A DNA stretch of 64,000 nt from Blasia pusilla (Eukaryota): contig CM114271.1 in assembly GCA_050084515.1 (NCBI GenBank), forward strand, positions 30,256,001 through 30,320,000, given 5' to 3'. The notes under the pieces were generated by a model, which was not told the origin of the DNA, searched no databases, and saw only the letters and a list, made by a program, of their open reading frames with translations. Shown here piece by piece: positions 50,948 to 64,000 of this stretch (position 1 is the first letter of the stretch; each line of letters opens with the position of its first letter). Made by a program: the position numbers and the translations under genes.

Positions 50948-52577
50948 CCTCTAACTAGCTTGGAAAATGGTGCAAAGAGAAGGACTCGGTGCTCTTCTTT
51001 CACCTGTGCACGGCACGATCACTAACTAGTCTGGCAAAATCTATCTAAAGTAGAGAAAGGGTGTAGGGAGAAGGAGAAGGGATGCAAGAAGAAGGACTCT
51101 TCCTAACCGGTGTGAGATTGCTCACGTATTTTTTTCAAGCATGTGAACATCAAAACATATTTACCTTCAGACACCAACTTGTCGTATAGATTGCAGAAAC
51201 TGTCTTTCGTCATTGTAACCTTACTACTTGGCCCGTGACGCTTGGGTTTCTTCGTGTATGTAATTTCATGAATGGGTTTGGCCTGTGATGTTTGGATTTT
51301 GGCATTGTAGAGTAACTTTTGAAGGTAAATATGTTTTGATTTTCACCTACTTGTCACACATATTAACTTTGTGACGTAGTCTTAAAAGTTTATCTCCCTA
51401 GATGTGAATATGACTTGCTATGTTCGTTCTTGACCAATAGGATCACAAGTGTGGACTTGGGATCTCATTGGAAATGCCTCACTTATTTTTAGTTGTATAG
51501 TGCTCAGTTCTCTGTCCCCGTGTTTGTAGCGGCCATCCGATACAGACCTTTTTACATGTGTGTTACTTATGATAATATATTCGTATCAAAGTTTGTGCTC
51601 TGAAGCGCTACCTCGTAGTTCCCCTTCAAGTCTCTTAGAGTGCAAGGGTACAACATAGCACTCCTCCAGTACTAGGGTTACTATGTGGTACTACTTCAGA
51701 CAAAGTACCCTTTGAGAGTCTCTATGAGTATTAGGTGTCACGTATGCAGTACCCTATTACTACTTCATTTTAAATTTCTACAAGCATTAATTTATTTGGT
51801 TTATAGAAGGCTGAGTCACCCTACTATGTGCCCTTTTTAGCCTCTTATACGAGCCTACATCATTGTGGCGGGCTTATGTACATTACAATTAAACCCGAAT
51901 GTGAAAGTTCAAGCCAAGGGAATATATGGTGAAGTATGTTAGGGCAAGGAATATAATACACACACGTTGTTGTCATTTCCTCTTCTAGAATTAGAGATAC
52001 TATGCAGTCTGGACGTCATCCTTATCATGTGCATTCAGGATGACATTATTGGAAGTTTGAGTTTAATTTCCGGGATTTGTGAGGACGAGAGCTGATGTGG
52101 AGCGTTGTCCATTCCGGATACAGACATCCTTGGGTGGAGCGAGTACCACACAAAGGGAAGAGAGTCCTAACACTCAATAGAACTTCAGATCAAATCGGAT
52201 GGTGTTAGTGAATTCTTGTGGCCTAAATGTGTCTAAAACATCTCTTTATTTGCATTGAAGTCCACTATAGACCACAAAAACACGTGCCCAAGAACAGACC
52301 AGACAGTGTGCAGAAGTCCACATTCCATTTATATAAGGTTAGTTTGGAACTTGTAAGTTAAACACCTCGCATAATATAAACATACAATGTCAATGCGATT
52401 CGTTCATGCTGAGAGTTTGCATTGATCAATAGAGAGCTAGCATTCTGATCAAATTTCATCAAGAGTTAGGTTTTCTAATGTTATGAATGCATTCATTACG
52501 ATTTCTTGAGTGGCAATGAAGTGAATCAATCCACAATCATGGTTAAGAAGGAGATTCTTACCCGGAAAAAGGTTATA

Positions 52578-53539
52578 TGTCGTGCACCTACTCTCTTTGA
52601 ACGTCAATCTCTAGTGTTGAGGAAGCATACATTCAATAGGAAATGCTCGCACTATTGATCTGCACCCAAACACACTCACGTTAGTCTGGTATGGATCAAT
52701 CTACCTTCCAACCCACCGAGTTCTCAACTCAGTCATACATCAAGTTGAACCTCCCCTCATTCCTAGCTTCCCAACACGGGAAAGTCTTTCGAGACTTGGG
52801 ACAAAATTTGTGGTTAATCTAGACACGTAAAACGGCATTTGCGCGCCTAGCGATCCCAATTATCCAATGGACCTCGTATGAGCCCCAAACCTAAAAGCAA
52901 GTAAATGAGTTGCGGGATGGAATCTAATAGGGACCTCCGAAAACCACTCTATTGGACTTGGTTCACGTTTCGAGTCCCAACATCAAACTCCTGATCCATT
53001 CTGTGCCCTTGAGTCGCCCCGTGGCGCCCCAAATTGGGGTTTGAGTCCCAAGCACCCTTGGAGACCTTACTAGTATTTTTGGGGATTCCCGCCCTCCCCC
53101 TACCTTTGGGGAAGAGACCTTCGGGCTCCTCTTTTTGGCCCTCAACCCGACTCCCTATACAATAATTTTTGGCCAATATCTCAGCCTTTGTTTATTCATT
53201 TACTAATATCTTTCATTTTTTTGAAGTGACTTTACATAAGCTTTCCAATGCCACCTTATTAGTCCCAAATGCATCTTGGGACTAAAAGTTATGATCCAAA
53301 ATACAGTCAAAATCCTAAACGCTAGTCACGTTCCAAATCCGGTTCTCACTTCTTTGGCAACCAACCTTCCTAGACTCGACTCCTCTCAAGTCTTGGTTTA
53401 TGTTTGGTCGAGGTTTCCTAGTTGCAAACATAAACGCATGAAATGCTCAACCTTGTTCGTGTCTCATCTTTTGTGTCTCTTGCATGTCTTCCAAGAGATC
53501 ACTCCAAGGCGCAAACCATTCTAGGGTGAGCCCGCTAGA
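52578..53539 (-). repeat. Diverged solo LTR related to the 20880-21853 LTR, inverted
   Basis: The reverse complement aligns with the LTR at both ends and internally (GCTGAGATATTGGCCAAAAAT; GAGTAGGTGCACGACA). No clear TSD. Confidence 0.8.
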
Positions 53540-56500
53540 GTCATGATGTTACGCTTGCCGCTCGTTTGGTTATGAGGGTTGCAAAATTTTAGGCGCTATG
53601 ATTAGAGACCAAGGAGTTCCTTTCAATTTAAATTCCGTATAGGCCATTTTTTGAGATTATGGGATGAACTTTAGAGTTTCGGCTCAAGGAGTGTACAAAA
53701 TAAGACTCAGTGTAAAACTTGCAAGGAAGGAGAGCGCACTTCTAGATTGGATGCGATTAATAGGATGTGGTATCATTGCTAATGATACGTACTTGATGCT
53801 TCACCTTTTAGACGTCGATAATGAAGAAAACTATCATGTTGATGTTACCTAGTTGGTTGTTTATGGACCTAGATTGAATTATGGAGTTGAAAGTCTTTCC
53901 AAAATTATCCAAAAGCTAGTTTTCAGAGGTCCAACTTCATCAGACATTCAACATATTTCTATGTTTTTTAGAGAGATCATTTGGGTAGTTATTGGGATTC
54001 CTACCGTTGATTTTACCTTAGCAATTATGCTACGAGAAGACACAAAGGTAGAGCAAATTGGTTTAGGGAAAGAGACGACAATTGCTCATCTAGCAAAGGT
54101 TGTAGACTCTGCTTTAGAGTTTGGATTTGTTGTCATTGTCTAGGAGAACAAAGCTTGATGCAAGGGGGACCCAACTATTGATTGAGTTTGGGAAGCCCGC
54201 AAACAACAGGTTGTGGGAAGAGTTGGAGGATCTTTACATTCCAAACTCAGTCTCCACTTTGAAAATCTTTCGCTTGGAAGTGAACGATTTCAAACTCGCC
54301 CCTCTTGACATTAAAGCAAGGATCTTTATTAGGAGAGAGTGAATGCATTGATGCACAATCTCTCGGGGACGAGAAACATCATTGTAAGAAATACAAACAA
54401 TGGTATTGTTGTCGTGTGTACATACGATCTTTCTAGAGCCTTGGATGAATATCAAAGACGATTTTTTCAGAAGTCTCCCGTGTATAGTAGTATGGGGGGG
54501 AAGATTGTCCCGAGAACCCGCTTAGTTATTTCAGCCTCTCATCCCTTCACAATCAAGTGGACCCATGCGCCAACAAGATGGAGACTTTGATAAGGATGCA
54601 GAAAGCCACTTCCGGGCACACATGACCACCATTGAGTTGGCAGCAATTAAGAAGATCGGGAAGAGGAAGATTCGAGAAGTGGTGGGTAACATTTCCTTTG
54701 ATTCAGGATTGCTATTGTAGTACTATTAAAATTGAATTAAGAAATTTTTTTGAACTTGAGTTCTCATCAGCTATTTTGGTCCTAGCCACAAGGAGATCAA
54801 CAAGTCCTTATACAATTGCTCTTCCGCCACATGGAATATGTAGCATGCTATGATGTTTGCATACGAGGAAGGTAAACTCACAACACAAGTTGGTCTTATG
54901 TACTCCAAGTACAGACATAAGACTAGCGTTGAGAATAGGTGATTGAAGAAGACCAACTTGAGACCACTGCAGGGGCTTGGCAGAGACATGCAATGTGGTT
55001 CAAGTTGTAGAAGAACTCTTGAAATTAAGGGTGCAAATAAGGCCAACATCTGCTCGCAAACTACAAAATGAAGACTTGATCGACCTGAAATCCTATTGTG
55101 ATAAATGGAAATGCAAACAAGTCAATGTAGGCGCCATTTATAAATTCTTCTTATCGGAGAGGGAATTCACTACCGAGAGAAGTTGTCAGGATTACTTTGA
55201 CGAGCTCGTTTTGCAATAAGACTTCTTTGTCAATGATGCCCAAATTCTCCTTGATATTCTGCTGGAGGAGAAGATGTATTTGAAGAAGCATCTCTCTTTG
55301 GCACACAAGCCAAATTTGGTCTTCCTCTAGAAGAATTCAACAAGACTTTGTGGAAATTAATCAATTTGCAGAGGGCCAACAAGCCAAGATACGACTTTCT
55401 TGTGTCTACATACAAGGAAGTTACTGCTAGTCTTGATATAACCTTCCCGGGATTTTTCTGGACTATTGTATGTACGAAGGTAGTAGGCAATGATTGGGGT
55501 CTCTTTTACGACATCATATTTTCAAATATGGTTACCACGTCGGATGATTAGAAACGACATAGCATTGAAGATTTTGAAGAATGTTTTGGCAAAGGATGTC
55601 GCCTTAATGCAAAAGAAAGATTGTTGGTGTTTTTCACAAAACACTATGGAATTTATAGTAGCTTGCTAAAGAGCATCAAATCTTTGGTTTAGAGTAATTC
55701 CTTATATAGTCAAATCCAAAGAGACAAAAGATCCAAAGTGGAGGATGTTTGATGATTGTCATCGTAGTATTTAGCAATGGTTTTGATTAGTCTACTCAAG
55801 ACCAACAAGTAGCCACTCTAAATAGAGTACTTGGCAAAAAAGTTCTTCCAACGTCCTTAAGCGACGCAAGGATTATGATCAACGAGGAGTATAGATTCCT
55901 TCCAATCCTCAAGGAGAATGAGTTTTGAATGGGTGACCCGGTGGAGATTTTCAGAGGGTTGTCCAAGGTTGGATCGCGGAAGAATGCCATCATGATCAAT
56001 CTAAGTTTCCATGTATTGGAAACTTTATTGGTGAGTTGCTCTTTTGGAACTAAAGTTGTGATATTCCCTTTTCATGGTCATGATGGTATGATGTATTGGG
56101 GCCTATGTCTAACTATGGCTGATTTCCACAATCAAGACAACGAATTCAAAGGGAGGAGTGAAGGTCATGAAGTGAGTTCCTTGCATCTATATTATTATTG
56201 GAGAGTGTTTTTTTATTTGCAAACACCTCTTTACTTGTGGCAACCCCGTAGAAAGAAAATGTTTCCTCTTTTAAGGGCAGAAAAAAAAATTTCCCTCTTT
56301 AACTCCCGTAGATGGCACTTATCCCAACTAGTATGACATCGACCCCTCATTTTACACGAGAGAATAGTGGTTAGGCAACTCCTGGTTTGTCTAGCCACTC
56401 TGCCCAAATTATCTCCACACCACACAGGTGGGAGAAAATACCTTAACAACAAGAACCGAGAGCGGGGCCAATCCGGAAATGGTGGAGGTAATGTCGTCCG

Positions 56501-56701
56501 CGGTTCGCTCACCAGCGATGAGCAGTGGCTGATGGGAAACCACAGCAACCCCCACAACTGCCCTTCTTCCTGGAGATTTTCTTTTACCCATCGCGCATTG
56601 AAATCGGAAGCCATCGGAATAGCAAGCTAGCGCAGGCGTAGCGGTCTGCATCCGCTCTCGCGTCATGTTCCGATCCGAGGAGCGAGTGCGCGCACGTTGC
56701 G

Positions 56702-59700
56702 ATGGCTTCGACGATGTCTCAAGCCTGTCGTCTCGCGACAGCGGATGCTCCAGCTCGGGAGATTTCAGAACAGAGAAGAATTGCGAGCTGCAGCTCTTGC
56801 TATGGAGCTGTGCTCGAGTCATCCCGCGAAGTTCCGCATTCTTCTTCTCCCGTTCGACGCGTTGCGGAGAAATTTGCTTCCGCAAGCGGGGAAGAGTGGT
56901 GGTGTGCATGGCCGATGGTACGGACCACCGTCCTCCCTCTCTATCTCTGCCGGGATGCGAGCTTGGATTCCCCTCTCATACTCGTTCCAGCATCTCCTCC
57001 GCCTCGTCCGCATACACTTCACTTCCCTTCGCTTCATTTCATTTCGGTTCAGTTCGGTTCAGTTCAGCTCAGAGGACTTTTCTGGGAAATTGGGATTTCC
57101 GCTCTGCACCCGCGACGTTCCCCATCGCCACCGTTGTTGTGACTCATTGCGGAATTAGAGGAAGAATGTTATGATCAGCGCCATTCGATTCAGTGCGTCG
57201 TGGTTGCGTGCTTTGAATCAGAAGCTCCGTTCGAATTTAGCATCTTCTCGGATTGGTCTCCCGGGTCAGTCGAGTTCATAAGCGGGTGCGGAAATGGGAC
57301 AGTGTCGGGAGTTTTTTCTTCTGAGGACTGAGTCTTTGGAGCGGAGACGAGGAATCCGCAGTGGGTATTTTGACTGACGAGTGATGACACTCTTCGTCAT
57401 TGCAGTTGAGAAGCGGGCAGTGCCGCTCACCAACTACCGCAACATTGTTATCATGGCCCACATCGATGCAGGGAAAGCCACCACCACTGAGCGGATCCTG
57501 TTCTACACTGGAAAGAACTACAAGATTGGGGAAGTACACGAGGGAACTGCCACTGAGGGGACTGGATGGAGCAGGAGCAGGAGGGAGAATCGCCATCACC
57601 TTCGAGGCCACGACGGCGAAGTGGAAGGACCACCGAATCAACATTATCGACACCCCGGGGCACGTGGATTTCACCTTGGAAGTGGAGCGCGCTCTGAGAG
57701 TTCTGGATGGAGCAATGCCTTTTCGACAGCGTCGCAGGAGTGGAGCCACGGTCCGAGACTGTGTGGAGGCAGGCAGACGAGTACGGAGTCCCTCGCATTT
57801 GCTTCGTGAACAAGAAGGACCGTTTGGGTGCCAATTTCTTTCGCACTAGAGACATGATCGTGTCCAACTTGGGTGCGAAGCCTTGGGTTATGCAAATTCC
57901 CATCGGAGCGGGAGAAGCTTTCCAGGGAGTCATCGACTTGGTGAGGACGCAAGCGATTGTGTGGGATGGGGAGGAGCTTGGTGCTTCGTTCGATTACAAG
58001 GATATCCCAGCTGATTTGGCAGACGTGGCAGCTCAGTATCGAGCTCTGATGATTGAGACTGTGGTCGAGCAGGACGGCGAGGCAATGGAGAATTACCTCG
58101 AAGGGATCGAGACTGATGAGAAGACTATCAAGAGACTGATCAGGAAGGGAACTATTTCGCTTTCTTTCGTGCCGGGTTTTTGTGGATCAGCCTTCAAAAA
58201 CAAGGGCGTGCAACCCCTCCTAGATGCTGTGATTGCCTATCTCCCGTCTCTTCTGAATGTCCCTCCCACGAACGGAATAGACTTCGAAGATCCCACAGTT
58301 TCCATCGTCAGGCAACCTAGTGATGAGGAGCCTTTCTCAGGCTTGGCGTTCAAGATCATGACGGACCCATTTGTGGGCTCACTCACGTTCGTCCGTGTCT
58401 ACAGTGGCTCTCTCACTGCGGGAACTTACGTGATGAATGCCAACAAGAATAGGAAGGAGCGAATTGGACGTCTCCTGGAGATGCACGCTAACAGTCGAGA
58501 GGATGTCAACGTTGCAAGATCTGGAGATATCATCGCTCTTGCGGGCCAGAAAGATACCATCACAGGGGAGACTTTGTGCGATCCTGAAGAAGCCTGTCAT
58601 TCTGGAGCGGATGGACTTTCCCCACCCCATGGTTAAGGTCACCATCGAGCCCCAAACGAAAGCTGATGTCGATAAGATGTCCAACGGTCTCATCAAGTTG
58701 GCACAGGAGGATCCTTCTTTCCATTTCTCGAGGGACGAAGAGACCAATCAGACCATCATCGAAGGGATGGGAGAACTTCACTTGGAGATCATTGTCGACC
58801 AGCTGAATAGAGAGTTGAAGGTATGTCCCAGTGTGCCATTGGGTAGTTCTCTTGTGGATACTGAAACGTTTGTGTACAGGAGGTGCACTCGTGTGTCTGT
58901 CTGCATGTACTTCAGACTAATCTATCTTGCTGGCGACGGACAAGAACTTAGCCACTTCAGAAGTTCAGATTCCTTCTTTGATTGCTCGGCGAGCTGGATC
59001 ACTTGTCGATGTACTTCGACTTGGTGTTCTCAGGCTCGAGCAGGTGGAGGCAAATGTAGGTGCACCACAGGTCAACTACAGGGAGAGTATCTCAAAGATC
59101 TCTGAAGTCAAGTACGTCCACAAGCAGCAATCTGGAGGTCAAGGATAGTTCGCCGAAGTTGTTGTCCGTTTCGAACCTCTTGAACCTGGCGGTGGGTATG
59201 AATTCAAGAGCGAGTTCAAGGGGCGGTACTGTGCCCAGGGAGTACGTTCCTGGTGTTGTGAAAGGTCTGGAAGAGTGCATGCGCAATGGTGTTCTTGCCG
59301 GCTACCCAGTGGTAGATGTGCGAGCGGTGCTCGTGGATGGATCATACCATGAGGTGGACTCCAGTGTTTTGGCCTTCCAGTTGGCTGCTAGGGGAGCATT
59401 CAGGGAAGGTATCGCTAAAGCGCGACGAACACTCCTGGAGCCTGTCATGAAGGTAGAGGTCGTGACACCTGAGGACCACATGAGCGATGTCATCGGTGAC
59501 CTCAATTCCCGCAGAGGACAAATTTCGAGCTTTGGTGACAAACCTGGTGGCATGAAGGTACGCACGGGAATGACACCACCCTCAACACGAGAGGCTCTCG
59601 CCTCTCGTGTTGTACATATGTATGGAGTCGATGTCTCTCTGCGGTTCGAAAGGCACAGGTTGTCTCCTTCCGTAGTACGTATAGATTGGTCCTCCTCTCA

Positions 59701-60040
59701 CGGTGATAGCTGAATGATTGAACGTAAGGTTCTTGATTCACCGGCGAAGCCCTGCCCTCAGGGTTACCAGGTACATAGAGACAGTTCTGGATAAGAATCC
59801 AGACACCGGCGATGAGTGTGGAAACGTTTTAGCGAAGAGGGAACCGCTGACGAGGAAAATGCACTTGCAGGTTGTGGATGCGGAGGTGCCTCTGTCGGAG
59901 ATGTTCCAGTACGTGCCCAACCTGAGGAGTATGTCCAAGGGACGTGTGCGCAGTATACGATGCAGCTGTCGAAGTTCGAAGTAGTGCCACAACACATCCA
60001 GCAGCAAATCGCCTCAAAGAACCAGCCAGCCGTTGCTTGA
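56702..60040 (+). pseudogene. fusA: Nuclear-encoded plastid elongation factor G (cpEF-G/SCO1-like), intron-containing and multiply disrupted; exons about 56702-56917, 57406-58820, 59044-59557, 59871-60040
   Basis: A transit-peptide-like exon 1 is followed by [81 protein letters not shown] and VPLSEMF. Frameshifts near 57560, 57595, 57715, 58590, 59220 and 59945, and an in-frame TAG at 59146. Confidence 0.9.
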
Positions 60041-60444
60041 GCGAAGGTTCCACATCTAAATTGGTCTAGTCCCATCTGTCGCTCGGCTTCTAAAAGTGTG
60101 CAATGAAAATGCAACGCCTACCTCTTGCCGGAGCTTGGGCAGTGAACATGCGCTTCGGGCTCGATCACGAGTTCCGCGCTGGGGCGGGGGTGCCGCGTTT
60201 CCTCACACTATACAAGGATCTGCGAATGTACAAAATAGACAGAAGCAATAGTGACAAATTCACCAATTTGTACCGTACTACAACAAGTGGTGTTCACCTG
60301 GTCATCTAGCTACGATGGTGATTTATTTCGGCCTCAAGTGCTTCGAAGTTTGGGTATCATTCTGCTAGTATGATCGACCATTCTTTGGTACATCTCACTC
60401 GTAGTTGGCAGAGGCTCTCCTAGTTCTGTGTATTATGGTTAAGT

Positions 60445-60677
60445 TTGCTGGGTTGGGTGGGTTGCTTGCGTTCTGAAGCTGAAATCTGCTCAACTCTAGC
60501 TCGTAGAAATGGTGGTTAGTCCTCAGTTTCAACTTCATCAAAGGCACCCACCTAAGTACTGCCAGAAGTTGCTGGGTTGGGTGGGTTGCTTGCGTTCTGA
60601 AGCTGAAATCTGCTCAACTCTAGCTCGTAGAAATGGTGGTTAGTCCTCAGTTTCAACTTCATCAAAGGCACCCACCT
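60445..60677. repeat. Tandem duplication: two 109-bp copies (60445-60553, 60569-60677) with a 15-bp spacer
   Basis: The two copies appear identical by eye. Confidence 0.9.
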
Positions 60678-63600
60678 CTAGAGTAAAGGCAAGTTTGAAA
60701 TCTTCTCATAAAAGCCCATCGTCATCGTTGTCATTGGTCACAGTCCTTGGGTCCTCGTCATCGCAACGATGTATGTCGTTTATGGGTCTGCCTGGAAGGG
60801 CGACCCAGTTCGAAAGCCTTGAAATCTTATGGCAACTACGCAACCTCAAAAATCGTAGACTCGTCAGTGGAATGGTCGATCGGACAGGTTCTGTCACCCT
60901 GAGATCTCGCACGTATGCGCAAACGAGGAATGTCGGATTCTCAACGCCTGAGCGATGTATGTACGTGACATCCACTTCTGGCTGAAAGGAAACTGACCAA
61001 ATGGACCCGTCTACTTCGTCCTGTGAACCTGAAAAAAAAACTCATTTTTGCTGTGGATTGGGCTGATCGTGGGGAGAAGGTGGTACGGTGCAGCGGACTG
61101 GAGTTGAATCGTGTTCGCAGCCCACTTTTGAAGCTGTAGTTGAGTCTGGGGATTCGTCCCGATTTTGAGACTGAAGACTCGGGCTGAAGCGGAACGTTGT
61201 GTTCAACTGGTCTCACGACTGAGGAAGATCGACTGAAGGAGTTGACCGACAAACACTCCACCAGGTTGAACCCGACTGCAGTGTTCATTTTTCAACAGGA
61301 TTCCGGCGTCAGCTGCTGAGGATCCGCCGATGCCATAAATACGAGTTAGCATGATCTCATGAGCATTGTCGCCTTTCTGGACATGACCGATAGAATGAAT
61401 GGCAGTCAATGGCTTACTTCTTACTGCGAGACTCCGGCCCTCGTCACGTGAGAGTAAAACTCTGTGTCATTCCCCATGTGCAAGTGTTGACCCTGCCCTG
61501 TCCAATGACTGCGATCCTGGGTGGCGATGGCGGCAGGTCGTGTGGTGCCATTCGGGTTCCTACCAATGCTTTCTCTTGCAACATCGGCTCAATCACCGAC
61601 CGCCTGTCAAGTCCTGGTCTCTTTTCAGAATTCCGCAGCATGAGTGCTGGCGTAGCTGCAGGTCGTGTTGAGCACGTTGGGTTACCACCCATAGTTGCTC
61701 TCACCGATTCAGGCACAGTCAGCTGATGGTTGTAGCTGCGTCGCCACGATACCACCCTGGATGCAATCTCGGACGACTAATCGTGCTTCAAAGAACTCGG
61801 TATGGGTCCCTGCTGCAGTTAACTGCATCTGGGTCTCGATACTACATCTTTGGGGTAATTCTCATTTGCACGCAGTCTTCATCATCTGTCGTATGGTTTG
61901 TCAGTAAATGAGGTCGATCTGAGTAGGCGTACGATGGGGATTTCTCACCGCTTGAGAATTCAGTCGTCGTGGAATCGAAGGACTTCGAAAGCTGGAGATC
62001 TCAATCAGCTTCTTGCCGAGATTGGGTTGCAACGCTGCTTAGCCGAATTCCATTTCCGTCTTCTCTGCATCAGGGTTTCTCTATCTGATAGAGTTTTGAC
62101 CTCTTTGTTTGTACGATGGGTTTTCCACCCCTTCTCTTGTCGAGGTGCCTCTATTGAATGTGAGCTGACAATTTAGTGCGCGTGGATTGAAGCAAATATC
62201 GTTGCTTCCAGCTAGAAACCATACGCTAACTCCGTTGCCACTCACCGCTCTTGAAGGTCTTTAGTCAATAATGCCAGAAGTTTCAACAATCAAAGGATGG
62301 CCAGAATGGATGAGACCCCAGATGCTCAGAGACTCAAGAGGAAACAAGAGAACTTGCCACGGAAACCAAGTGAAGAAATTTCTAGCAGAATCTTAACACC
62401 GGTGAAAATGGGTGTTCGTTTCCAAGTTACCATGAGACGATAAACTTGAACAACGCGCCACCCTGGAGGATTTCTGGCTAAGAGAATCACCTGTGTTCAC
62501 TTCAACATGCACATCGAGCACTCTGGAGAAACATCTGTCAGCGACTTTATTCATTGTGTGCAGAAGGAAACTCTTAACGTCGCTGAGCTGAGTGGAAATG
62601 TATTCCCTACTCATTGGGAGGATTTCTTTCCTAGATGATATGATATTGCACTTTTCTTTCCCGTGAATGTTTTAAAACCTGAACTGCGTACTTGCTACGT
62701 CCACTTTATAGCTGCCAACGAGAAGGGCTCAGACTAACTAAATGCGCTTTAGCCCACTGGACAAGTTCGCTGCTCGAGGGGAAATACAGTGGCATCAGCA
62801 GTCGATCCACTACCAAATTAGACAGCTTCAAGCACAAGCTAAACACGGGACAATTTCGGTACTCGACCAGATTGGGACTACAGGATTACAGTACGTTTGT
62901 GGGCTTGAGATGAGGAGCAGGTAAACTGAAAAGGTTGAACACCTACATTTTGGACGGACTACCTCCCGGCCTCGAACCCCCGGCTTTATAACAAGCTTCG
63001 ATTGGAACCCGTGGATTACAGCGCCAATACTCTTCCCTGTCTGACTGCAGGTGTCAAATTCCTATCTCAAACCAACGTCGTATAAGACACGCATTCGCAA
63101 CAGCATGAGACGGAAAGCGTGGAGATTTTCTAGCAGCACTTCACCCTCACTTTGGTGGATTTGTACAAAATAGTTGGAAAAACATGTCCAAGTACATCAC
63201 TCACTCACCCGCTTCGCTGCCTTCCACGGTACTAGCCCTAGACCTCAAAATTCCAGGCAGCCCTTCAATCGAGGAAACTCTATTGCTCTTCGACTTTTGT
63301 CACCAATGTACATGTGTACATTGTTAGACTCAAAGCTTCGTCTCTCTTCAGACCACGAATCTCCGCCTTCTTGTGTGGGAGAGTCTCGTACAATTCCAAC
63401 TTGGCTAAATTGCTTTGAGTGTTTCCTCCACCCACAGGGGTTTGACTGGAGGTGTCTCCGGACTGTACAGAACACTGTCCTTCGCGGTCTGCAGCTATAC
63501 ATATTGCCTAAAATTGGGCAATGACACGCGACATTTCCCTTTCGCTTCTGCTCAGCATGTTGTATTGAGGTTAACATTACATTCACATCCCATGAAAGGG

Positions 63601-64000
63601 AGATGGCTTCATTTGGGGAAATTTTCTCCAAACGTATTCTTACACTTCAGTTTCAGCCATGTCCATGTGGACTTTATCGATTCCTTAATCTTGTATTCGT
63701 ACTCGTACCGACTGTACTTCCAAACTCTCTTCGACCGTGCAGTGTCCTTACCCCGCTCCATGATGCCTTCCTCGTCTGCTTCGGATCCGCGCCAGCTATC
63801 AAGATGAGTCGCCTTCGCTTGTGAGCCTGAGATTCACAATATAACGAGAGGAGAGAATGGAAAGTGCGTCAGCTAAACTGAAGAATTGATGCATGTCGCA
63901 TACTTTCTAGTCGAACTGAAGGAGGAAAAGCACACCCCACGAGAACCAAAAGAACAGGACGACAACTTCACTTCCCGGAGTACGCACTGCATTGCTGACT

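Noticed and set aside
57406-60040. Bacterial fusA, contamination or organellar DNA insertion
   Set aside because: Has GT-AG introns and a transit-peptide-like first exon, so it is a nuclear plant gene copy.
60445-60677. CRISPR-like array
   Set aside because: Only two long units, eukaryotic context, and no cas genes.
60706-63830. Possible LRR/NLR gene relic on the minus strand (LTSLRFLRLRSCHKISRL)
   Set aside because: A single LRR-like match with no NB-ARC motifs or further repeats; insufficient support.

Overview
This is eukaryotic, land-plant-type nuclear DNA with spliceosomal introns and many transposons. A non-seed plant such as a bryophyte or lycophyte is a plausible but unproven source. 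Apparently intact host genes: a 10-exon HAK/KUP K+ transporter (+, 9396-16545), a 2-exon BAHD acyltransferase (-, 17646-19885) and a 5-exon FMO1-type flavin monooxygenase (-, 36192-39431). Intron-retaining pseudogenes: a 5' fragment of MCM5 (28625-30377) and a full-length, multiply disrupted plastid EF-G (56702-60040). Mobile DNA: three fragments of a CRE-like (restriction-like endonuclease) non-LTR retrotransposon, one nested in another with an 11-bp TSD; a truncated canonical Ty3/gypsy element plus two related LTR copies; and a complete 9.8-kb Ty3/gypsy-type element at 41173-50947. That last element is the highlight. It has TG...CA ends and a 4-bp TSD, split direct repeats (A1-internal-B1-GC-A2-B2) instead of ordinary LTRs, a DNMT3-like cytosine methyltransferase between protease and RT, and a PHD finger after its DDE integrase. 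All calls were made by eye from motifs and splice sites; no searches were run.
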